A stretch of 64,000 nucleotides of DNA from Acidimicrobiia bacterium (GTDB taxonomy: Bacteria; Actinomycetota; Acidimicrobiia; Spongiisociales; UBA5794): NCBI GenBank assembly GCA_041393965.1, contig JAWKJB010000002.1, positions 339 through 64,338 of the forward strand. Reading direction: 5' to 3'. The notes under the pieces were generated by a model. The model ran no database searches. It saw nothing but the letters and a program-made list of their open reading frames with translations, and had not been told where the DNA came from. The translations under genes were made by a program, and so were the position numbers. This document shows, piece after piece, positions 19,307 through 28,568 of this stretch (its first letter is position 1; each line of letters starts with the position of its first letter).

Positions 19307-19587
19307 CGATCGGATTGGTTCATGGTGATCCGTTTCCAATTGTCTGCCCGAGGACGGGCCGAGTCTACGCGGGTACCCACCGGGCAAGCCTGAACGACGG
19401 GCTGGCCCGGTTCGGTATCGTGTGAGTCCGAAGCCTTGCACCACGAGCGGCGAGGGCACGGCCGTCGACCCCAGAGAGGAGCATTCGTGATCGGAACCCC
19501 CGCTGCGCCGACGACTCGGCCTTCTCTCTTTGCCGGATCGACGGACGGACTTCGCTGTTTCGTCGACGACCGAAACCCGAGGCAGCG

Positions 19588-20079
19588 ATGATCGACGGTC
19601 GCGATGGCGGAGCCAACTTTGTTGGCGCCGTATTCGCCCCGACGCCGTTTTCGGCTGACGAGATCAGGGACGGTTGTCCGCGCGGGCGCGAGGTGACCGT
19701 TCGGGTCGAAACGGCAGACGAGGATCCGTACCTGCGTCGGATCTGTTTCGTTGCAGTGGATGCGATCGGTGCAACCCAGACGCTGTCGCAATTCACCCTC
19801 GACGGGGACCCGATCGGCGAGACGAAGACGGTCTACGCGACATGGAAAGACCTCCAGGCCCACGCCTCGTTCCCGCGAGACAGGACAACGATCGACCGTG
19901 AGACGATCGAGACTCCGATGGGATCGCTCGAGTGCCTGCGCTACACAGTTGATGAAGACGGCCGACTCCGGGTCTTCTGGTTCGCTGTTGCGATCCCGGG
20001 TATGCCGGTGCGCTTCACCGTCACGGAAGACGGAACCGTCACCGACACCAGCACGATGGTCGCCAACACCGCTCCGTAG
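19588..20079 (+). CDS. Hypothetical protein
   Basis: 163-aa ORF with protein-like (acidic, non-repetitive) composition; GAGG SD. Confidence 0.4.
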   Translation: MIDGRDGGANFVGAVFAPTPFSADEIRDGCPRGREVTVRVETADEDPYLRRICFVAVDAIGATQTLSQFTLDGDPIGETKTVYATWKDLQAHASFPRDRTTIDRETIETPMGSLECLRYTVDEDGRLRVFWFAVAIPGMPVRFTVTEDGTVTDTSTMVANTAP

Positions 20080-20182
20080 GACTCCTTTGGCCCTCGGCTT
20101 CGCTCGCGGGCGAAGCTTGCGATGACGATGGTCGAAGATCGGCCGGTGGCATACTTGACGGGTCGATCGAAAGGCACTCGGA

Positions 20183-20656
20183 ATGTCAATGAAGCCCACA
20201 TTTGCGCGCCGCGACCTCAGCCGCCTGCACGGAACCTTCGGCTCGGATGCCTTCGGCAAGAAGGCGGAGTCATTCGCGAGGTTCTTCGGCACGCCGACCT
20301 TCCTCATCGTTCAGACGGCGGTTGTCGTGCTGTGGATCGTGATCAATGTGGCGGCTGTGTCCCTGCAATGGGATCCCTACCCCTTCATTCTCCTCAACCT
20401 CGCCTTCTCGCTCCAGGCCGCCTACGCGGCGCCGCTGATTCTGCTTGCGCAGACCCGCCAGGCAGATCGGGACAAAGCAATGAGCGAGACCGACGCCGAG
20501 CATCGAGAAGCGCTCGCGGCGGCGAACGAAGAGCGTCAGACGCTGGCGATGGACCTCTGGCAGAACATGAGCCGGATCCTCGAGGAGAACATGCGCCTCA
20601 CCGAGGAAGTGAACGCGTTGACAGCCGAGATCCACTCCCGCCTGATCCCGGCATAG
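20183..20656 (+). CDS. DUF1003 domain membrane protein
   Basis: TFLIVQTAVVVLWIVINV...PYPFILLNLAFSLQAAYAAPLILLAQ signature. Confidence 0.7.
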   Translation: MSMKPTFARRDLSRLHGTFGSDAFGKKAESFARFFGTPTFLIVQTAVVVLWIVINVAAVSLQWDPYPFILLNLAFSLQAAYAAPLILLAQTRQADRDKAMSETDAEHREALAAANEERQTLAMDLWQNMSRILEENMRLTEEVNALTAEIHSRLIPA

Positions 20657-20823
20657 GAGACCCAACGGAGCCGGCTTGGGGATCGGGTTGCTCGGGACCT
20701 CGGCGCAAGCAGCACAACAACGCTACGGCCGTAATCGAACAAGCTTGAACGCAGGGATCGGCAACTACCCGCACAGGGGGCGCCAACCGTCGACCCTTCG
20801 AGATTCCTAAGGACCGTACTTGA

Positions 20824-22209
<1,386 letters not shown>

Positions 22210-22388
22210 GGACCTCCGCGGTTTCACCGGCACAACTCACGAAGCCAGGGTTCCGGGTGGAGACGGTCGACGGGTCCCCGGCATCGGATCGCCGTCCGAG
22301 ACCAATGCTTGACACCGTTGCGCTCGCCACCGGTGGTTCACAGGTCGCGGCCTCCTCAGGACACCGCACCTGACGATCCATCGTGTGA

Positions 22389-23255
22389 TCAGGTCTTACG
22401 ACCATCCCCGAATCGACCGTCGCCGCCACCGAACAGGGGTCGATACAGAAGCGCGGCGCCGACGGTGAAGATGACCGCCGCAACGCTGAACAGGACCGTG
22501 GCGCCGGTCGTGGCGTTCGGATCATCATTGACTTGCATGGTGATGGCCATTGCTGCCACCGAAGCGGGAACAAGGGCGAACCATCCGGTGACGGCGTAGG
22601 CGGCTGTTCGTGCCCAGCTTGCGTTTCGTCGCAGACCGATCCCTGCCACGACCGCGGCGGGCACGACGACGCCGAGATCGAGGACACCGATCAACAGGTA
22701 GGCGGTTGGGTTCTCCAGATAGTCCGCGCCGGATGGGTCGCCATCGACGAGGTCGACGATTCCGGGCAGCCACCGACCCAGCAGGATGAAAGCGGCAACG
22801 CCGAACATCACCCAGCTTCGTCGTCGATCAGCCGGTCCGGATGCTGGCACAAGCCGGTCTCGATCCACGCAGCCCCATGCACCAAACAGCAGCACGACGG
22901 CAAGGACGAACAGCGCCAAATGGAAGACGAAGTACTGCTCGTTGTTGCCGGGAAGCTCCAGGTACTCAGGTCCGACAACATACTGGGGAGCCATGTACGC
23001 CGCGAATGTTGTCGGTATGAATGCCAGGATGGGTCCGGCCATGTGGCCCCGCAATATCAAGACTCCCGCAGCAACGGCGATTGGGACCGCGCCGAAGAGG
23101 ACAACGGCATCCAGCCCGATCCCTTGGTTGATCAGTGACTCCGAGTAGTGGTAGCGGATCGTCTCAAGGAAGAGTGGACCGAGCACGGAGTTGGCTGCAA
23201 GCCCGAGTGCCAACGCGAAGAGCCCGAAACCGAGCCAACGGCATCTCCTGACCAT
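22389..23255 (-). CDS. Polytopic membrane protein, hypothetical
   Basis: ~8 TM helices; start at the internal ATG. Confidence 0.45.
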   Translation of the reverse strand: MVRRCRWLGFGLFALALGLAANSVLGPLFLETIRYHYSESLINQGIGLDAVVLFGAVPIAVAAGVLILRGHMAGPILAFIPTTFAAYMAPQYVVGPEYLELPGNNEQYFVFHLALFVLAVVLLFGAWGCVDRDRLVPASGPADRRRSWVMFGVAAFILLGRWLPGIVDLVDGDPSGADYLENPTAYLLIGVLDLGVVVPAAVVAGIGLRRNASWARTAAYAVTGWFALVPASVAAMAITMQVNDDPNATTGATVLFSVAAVIFTVGAALLYRPLFGGGDGRFGDGRKT

Positions 23256-23529
23256 GTGTGTCGCCACCTCCCCACCGTCATGTGAATTCGTTGCCGCGCC
23301 TGTGTTGGCACCGGAGGGAACCTTACACAAGGAGGTTTCGTCGAAGCTCTGAATCAAACGGCGAACCTGTCGATGGGTTGGGAGTCGTCGGCAAGTACGA
23401 CCTCAAGCGGGTGTGTGCCGCCATCGACTACGCACTCGGTGGCTGATCGTCTCGTGCCCAGAATGGGGGTTGCGCCGGCACGCGGTCTCCGAAGTGGCTT
23501 TGCGAAGAGCACCGTGTCAGGATCAGGAC

Positions 23530-24546
23530 ATGTTGACGGTGGTGACTGGTGCATCCGGATTCCTGGGAGCCGTATTGGTGCGGGAGTTGCTTGCCAAGGG
23601 GCGACAGGTTCGGGCTGTTGATCTCGAACGGGGATCCGCACTTGGGGGCTTGGATGTCGAGTGGAGGTCGGCCGATGTACTTGACCCGTCGAGTCTCGAT
23701 ACCGCATTCGACGGTGCCGGTGTCGTGTATCACCTCGCGGCGGTGATCTCCGTGACCGGTGACCCGACCGGTCGAGTGTGGGCCACCAATGTCGGGGGCG
23801 TCCGAAATGTTGCGCGAGCAGCATTGAAGGCGAATGTGCGCCGACTGATCCATTGCAGCTCGGTGCACGCCTTCGACCTCGAGTCGGCAGCGTCGGTGGA
23901 CGAAAACAGTTCCCGTGCAACGGCGGCTCACCTCCCCGTGTACGACCGCTCGAAAGCTGCGGGCGAAGCTGAGCTTCGCAGTGTCATCGAATCGGGTCTC
24001 GACGCCGTGATCGTCAACCCCACGGGCGTTATCGGACCATACGACTTCGGACCTTCCCGGATGGGGCGAGTGTTTCTCGCGATGTTCCGTCGTCGGCTAC
24101 CCGCCGTCATCGACGGTTCCTTCGACTGGGTCGATGTGCGCGACGCGGCATCGAGCATGCTTGCCGCAGAGGTGAAGGGACGCTCCGGCGAGAACTATCT
24201 CCTGCCGGGCCATCACTTGTCTCTCGCAGATCTCGCAGCGATCGCGGCCGATGTGACCGGCCACCGCCGGCGCCTAATCACGCTCCCCATGTGGTTCGCA
24301 AGGATCTGGGGACCGCTCGCCGATGTCGTGAGCAGGCGAAGCGGTGACCCCTTGTGGTACACCCGTGAGTCGATCCACGCGCTCCGGTTCAGCCCGACGG
24401 TGAACGGCGCAAAAGCCGCTGCGGAACTGGATCACGATCCGAGACCGATGCACGAGACCGTCTCGGACATGTACGAGTGGTTCAAACAGCGTGGCCTGCT
24501 TGGCGAGGAGAACGGCCACGCGTACCCAGGGTTCCCGTTCAACTAA
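23530..24546 (+). CDS. NAD-dependent epimerase/dehydratase (extended SDR) family protein
   Basis: TGASGFLG Rossmann motif; YxxxK (YDRSKAAGE). Confidence 0.75.
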   Translation: MLTVVTGASGFLGAVLVRELLAKGRQVRAVDLERGSALGGLDVEWRSADVLDPSSLDTAFDGAGVVYHLAAVISVTGDPTGRVWATNVGGVRNVARAALKANVRRLIHCSSVHAFDLESAASVDENSSRATAAHLPVYDRSKAAGEAELRSVIESGLDAVIVNPTGVIGPYDFGPSRMGRVFLAMFRRRLPAVIDGSFDWVDVRDAASSMLAAEVKGRSGENYLLPGHHLSLADLAAIAADVTGHRRRLITLPMWFARIWGPLADVVSRRSGDPLWYTRESIHALRFSPTVNGAKAAAELDHDPRPMHETVSDMYEWFKQRGLLGEENGHAYPGFPFN

Positions 24547-24653
24547 AAGGTCAACTTCAGCCCACGGAACACCAGGGTTCATCTGTGGGCCAGAATGTAC
24601 CTTTCATCTGTGGGCCAGAGTGTACCTTTTCGTGCAACGCGAACCCGGGGTAC
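24522..24653. repeat. MITE-like element copy 1 (~132 bp). It has 29-bp imperfect terminal inverted repeats (GTACCCAGGGTTCCCGTTCAACTAAAAGG ... CCTTTTCGTGCAACGCGAACCCGGGGTAC) and an internal 24-bp tandem duplication (TCATCTGTGGGCCAGAATGTACCTT x2).
   Basis: Seen directly. Its left TIR is identical to the left TIR of copy 2 at 46609 and encodes the last 8 codons and stop of the epimerase gene. Confidence 0.6.
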
Positions 24654-24673
24654 GCGTCTATCGATCGGCGTCT

Positions 24674-25282
24674 TCAGTCGCGGAGGCCCTTGCCCTCGAG
24701 GATCCTGTCAACGCAGCGGTCCACGCGCGTTTCGCGGGTCTTGGCTTGCTTCGCGCTCGAGATGTGCAGGTTGTATTCGCGTTGCCGGCCGGGCGTGAGC
24801 CCTTCGAACGCCGCCTTGAGCGCCGGGTCGCGGTCGAGCCGGTCTTGGAGTTCGTCGACCAGGACGAGCTCGGGGGCGGGACCAACATCGAGACCGGCTT
24901 CCTCCACCTCGATCGCCTCTTCAACGAGGACTCTGACGGTGTCCTCCAACCGGTTGGTGTCATCCACCGAAGTGAACCGCATGCGTCGCGCCGCACGGGA
25001 ATTCGGCCCGACCGCCTCGAGAACCCCTGCGGGATCGTCCAGCAAGGCACCCTTGAAGAACATGAGGGCGAGAAACTCGTTCATCTCCTGGAGGATGGCG
25101 ATGTTCTTGCCACCATGCGTGTAGCACGGTTTGCCCCACTTGATCTCCTCGGTGAGCCCACAGCCCAGCAGGAGTGGCCGCACGGCAGCCATCTCCTCTG
25201 GCCACTTGTCCGACCTTTCGATGTAGGCATCGACTCGTGGATTCGTCAACTCGTCTGCCTTGTCTCGACAATCGCTCCGCAA
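24674..25282 (-). CDS. YdeI/OmpD-associated (DUF1801-type) family protein
   Basis: NPRVDAYIE...LTPGRQREYNLHISSAKQAKTRETRVDRCVDRILEGKGL C-terminal signature. Confidence 0.6.
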   Translation of the reverse strand: MRSDCRDKADELTNPRVDAYIERSDKWPEEMAAVRPLLLGCGLTEEIKWGKPCYTHGGKNIAILQEMNEFLALMFFKGALLDDPAGVLEAVGPNSRAARRMRFTSVDDTNRLEDTVRVLVEEAIEVEEAGLDVGPAPELVLVDELQDRLDRDPALKAAFEGLTPGRQREYNLHISSAKQAKTRETRVDRCVDRILEGKGLRD

Positions 25283-25323
25283 CGATACTGTGATCGTGTG
25301 ACGCCAACCACGGGGCGGGCCGA

Positions 25324-27399
25324 TTGCAGCAACATCACGAGAGCCACCCGGAAGAGATGAGCGTAACTATCCGGGATTCTGACCACGCCCCGCACGATCC
25401 AACAAGCGGCGACGATGGTCATCACGGCCATGACAAGCATGAGGGTCACAGTGTCGCCATGTTCCGGGATCGTTTCTGGCTCTCTCTCGCCCTCACGGTC
25501 CCGGTTGTCTTGTTCAGTGACACCGTCCAGGGCTGGTTCGGGTACACGGCACCGACATTTCCTGGCTCCGATTGGGTTTCTCCCGTTCTCGGTACGCTGA
25601 TCTTCTTCTATGGGGGGATGCCCTTCCTGAAGGGCGCGGTGCGCGAGACGAGGGAGCGTCAACCGGGGATGATGCTGCTGATCGGTATGGCCATCACGGT
25701 CGCATTCGGCGCATCGGTGGCGACCACCGCAGGTTGGTTCGACCTCGAATTCTGGTGGGAGCTGGCCGCCCTGATCACGGTCATGCTGCTCGGCCATTGG
25801 ATGGAGATGCGCTCCATCGGCCAGGCGCGCGGGGCACTGGCCGCCCTTGCCGAGCTACTCCCCGATGAAGCCGAACGCGTTACCGACGAGGGTGTCCAGA
25901 CGGTGCACTTGTCCGACTTGGCGGTCGGCGATGTCGTACTGGTCCGGCCGGGAGGGCGTGTCCCTGCCGACGGCGTGATCACTGAGGGTTCGGCGGAGTT
26001 CGATGAGTCGATGGTGACTGGCGAGTCCAAGCCCGTGGCCAAAGAGCCTGGCGATCGGGTGGTCGCAGGGACCGTCGCGACCGACACCTCCGTGCGTATC
26101 GAGATAGAGGCAGTCGGCGACGACACCACGCTCGCTGGAATCCAGCGTCTTGTGGCGGAAGCCCAGGAGTCGCAATCGCGCGCCCAGGTCTTGGCCGATC
26201 GAGCCGCGGCGCTGTTGTTCTATGTTGCGGTGGGTGCCGCCGTTATCACCGCGACGGTGTGGGCCATCGTCGGCCAACCGGACCAGGCCGTGGTCAGGAC
26301 CGTGGCCGTCCTCGTCATTGCGTGCCCGCACGCGTTGGGCCTTGCCATCCCTCTCGTCGTGTCGATCTCAACAGGTATGGCGGCACGCAACGGGATCCTT
26401 GTCACCGACCGACTGTCGCTTGAACGAATGCGCACGGTGGACTTCGTGCTGTTCGACAAGACCGGAACCCTCACGAAGGGTGAACACCGGCTCTACGGGG
26501 CGATCGCGGTGGACGGGGACACACATGGGATGCTGGCCCTTGCGGCCGCCGTCGAATCCGATTCCGAACACCCCTTGGCGCGGGCCATCGTGGGAGCAGC
26601 GGAAGAACATGGAGATATCCCCGTTGCTTCCGGCTTTCGATCGATGAGTGGCAGAGGCGTGGAGGCGTCGGTGGGGAACGACACGATCGCCGTCGGTGGC
26701 CCCACGATGATCAGCGAACGGGGTGTTCGAGTTCCCGACTCGATCAAGGACACCGTTTCGGCATGGGAGGGTCGCGGCGCCTCGATCCTCTTCGTCCTGA
26801 AAGACGACCGCATAATCGGTGCGCTCTCGGTCGAGGACGAGGTACGAGAGGAGTCGCGAGCGGCCATCGATGAACTTCATGGGCTCGGTGTGAAGGTGGC
26901 GATGATCACCGGCGACGCCATCCAGGTGGCTGAAGCCGTTGCTGCGGAACTCGACATCGACGAGGTGATGGCTGAGGTCCTGCCCGAGGACAAGCACTCG
27001 AAAGTTCGCGAGCTTCAGGATCGCGGCCATGTCGTGGCGATGGTGGGTGACGGCGTCAACGATGCCCCGGCGTTGGCTCAGGCCGATGTGGGCATCGCGA
27101 TTGGAGCAGGCACCGATGTCGCGATCGAGTCCGCAGGAGTGGTCCTCGCCTCGGACGATCCGCGGGCTGTGGTCGCGGTTCGTCGGCTCTCCGATGCGGG
27201 ATACACCAAGATGCTGCAGAACCTCGGTTGGGCCGCTGGCTACAACATCTTCGCGATACCGCTCGCTGCCGGGGCGTTTGCCTGGGCCGGAATCGTCCTC
27301 GGGCCAGCCGTGGCTGCCCTGCTGATGAGCGCTTCGACGGTGATCGTTGCGGTCAACGCCCAATTCCTGCGTCGTCTCGATCTGAGCGCGACGGTGTGA
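25324..27399 (+). CDS. Heavy-metal-translocating P1B-type ATPase, CopB-like (His-rich N-terminus, CPH transmembrane motif)
   Basis: DKTGTLT phosphorylation site, TGDN/GDGxNDxP hinge, VIACPHALGLAIPL (CPH). N-terminus is rich in H/D (HHESHPEE...DDGHHGHDKHEGH) and has no CxxC HMA domain. Confidence 0.85.
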   Translation: MQQHHESHPEEMSVTIRDSDHAPHDPTSGDDGHHGHDKHEGHSVAMFRDRFWLSLALTVPVVLFSDTVQGWFGYTAPTFPGSDWVSPVLGTLIFFYGGMPFLKGAVRETRERQPGMMLLIGMAITVAFGASVATTAGWFDLEFWWELAALITVMLLGHWMEMRSIGQARGALAALAELLPDEAERVTDEGVQTVHLSDLAVGDVVLVRPGGRVPADGVITEGSAEFDESMVTGESKPVAKEPGDRVVAGTVATDTSVRIEIEAVGDDTTLAGIQRLVAEAQESQSRAQVLADRAAALLFYVAVGAAVITATVWAIVGQPDQAVVRTVAVLVIACPHALGLAIPLVVSISTGMAARNGILVTDRLSLERMRTVDFVLFDKTGTLTKGEHRLYGAIAVDGDTHGMLALAAAVESDSEHPLARAIVGAAEEHGDIPVASGFRSMSGRGVEASVGNDTIAVGGPTMISERGVRVPDSIKDTVSAWEGRGASILFVLKDDRIIGALSVEDEVREESRAAIDELHGLGVKVAMITGDAIQVAEAVAAELDIDEVMAEVLPEDKHSKVRELQDRGHVVAMVGDGVNDAPALAQADVGIAIGAGTDVAIESAGVVLASDDPRAVVAVRRLSDAGYTKMLQNLGWAAGYNIFAIPLAAGAFAWAGIVLGPAVAALLMSASTVIVAVNAQFLRRLDLSATV

Positions 27400-27463
27400 A
27401 CTCTCGTCGACTGGCCAGTCACCCGCCGACCGACCACGAGAACCATCTCGCAGGGGTCGTGGG

Positions 27464-27814
27464 TCAGCTTTCGACCCATGTCCATGCCTTGTCGGCGTCG
27501 TGGAACCACTCGATCTTGTGGGCGTAGAACGGGGCAGCAATCTTCGCAAGGTACTTACCCCACGCCTGATCTCCGACAAGCGCCATCCGCTCGATCTTGT
27601 CGTGCAGGGCGCGGCCGAAGCGGAGGTCGGATCCCCACGCCTCCACGCGCTCCCACTTGAACTCGGTCATGTCAAGGAGCAGCCGGACCGCCCCATGCTC
27701 CTCGACTGCCTTTTCGACGGCGGGCGTGAGGACTTCGTAGTCAGCCTTGGTGATGTCCCCGACCATCCGGAACGCGAGGACCTCCGTGTCCGGCCTCTTG
27801 ATGGCTTCGATCAT
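27464..27814 (-). CDS. STAS/SEC14-like (SpoIIAA-like) domain protein
   Basis: 116 aa from the internal ATG, with a GGAGGA SD. Confidence 0.5.
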   Translation of the reverse strand: MIEAIKRPDTEVLAFRMVGDITKADYEVLTPAVEKAVEEHGAVRLLLDMTEFKWERVEAWGSDLRFGRALHDKIERMALVGDQAWGKYLAKIAAPFYAHKIEWFHDADKAWTWVES

Positions 27815-28019
27815 GGCTCCTCCAGTCTTCAATGATCGCGTCGACGCGTCAGCGTAGACGGGCGGGACGGGATCCCAGCGACAGCGCACGGGGCCTGTGT
27901 ACTGGGGGCCTGTGCACAGGCGGCGTCGCCACGGGCGGGCAGGGTTGCCGTCAGCTCCGTCACCGCATCGCCCTGCCACCGATACCCTTGCTGCGAGTCA
28001 AGAGATGGGAGAACGAGTC

Positions 28020-28520
28020 ATGAAGATGGCAGACGAGCTTGTCGCGGCATACAACGAACAGGTCACTCTCGAACTAGCCTCGTCCGTTGCATACCTGCAG
28101 ATGGCGGCCCACTTCGAAAGCAGCAACCTCGTGGGCATGGCGGGCTGGATGCGTGCCCAAGCAGCCGAGGAAGCCGCACATGCCGACCGATTCATCGCGT
28201 TCATCCTCGACCGGGGAGCCGATGTGAAGATCGGCAACATACCCGCACCGACCACAGACTTTGGTGCCCCTGAGGCCGTGTTCGAGGCATCCCTCAACCA
28301 GGAACGAGCGGTTACCAAGTCGATCCACGACCTCTTCCGGCTTGCCCGCAAGAACGACGACCTTGCTTCCGAGCCCTTTCTCTCGTCGTTCATCGACGAA
28401 CAGATCGAAGAGGAATCAACCGTCGAATCCATTCTTGAGCGTGTCCGGCTCGCCGGCGGTGAGTCGAGCGCACTGTTGCTACTCGACAGCGAACTCGGAG
28501 CGCGAACAGCCCCGGCGTGA
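28020..28520 (+). CDS. Ferritin (non-haem bacterial Ftn)
   Basis: Ferroxidase-centre residues in E..Y...E..H..R context (ELASSVAYLQMAAHFE...EEAAHADRF). Confidence 0.8.
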   Translation: MKMADELVAAYNEQVTLELASSVAYLQMAAHFESSNLVGMAGWMRAQAAEEAAHADRFIAFILDRGADVKIGNIPAPTTDFGAPEAVFEASLNQERAVTKSIHDLFRLARKNDDLASEPFLSSFIDEQIEEESTVESILERVRLAGGESSALLLLDSELGARTAPA

Positions 28521-28568
28521 TCCACCACGAGCGAACCGGGGCAGTGTAGACCCGCTCCGCGGGCGGCA

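Noticed and set aside
24565-24628. Tandem direct repeat TCATCTGTGGGCCAGAATGTACCTT x2 as a possible CRISPR array
   Set aside because: Only two copies, directly abutting with no spacers and no cas genes; it lies inside a TIR-bounded element.
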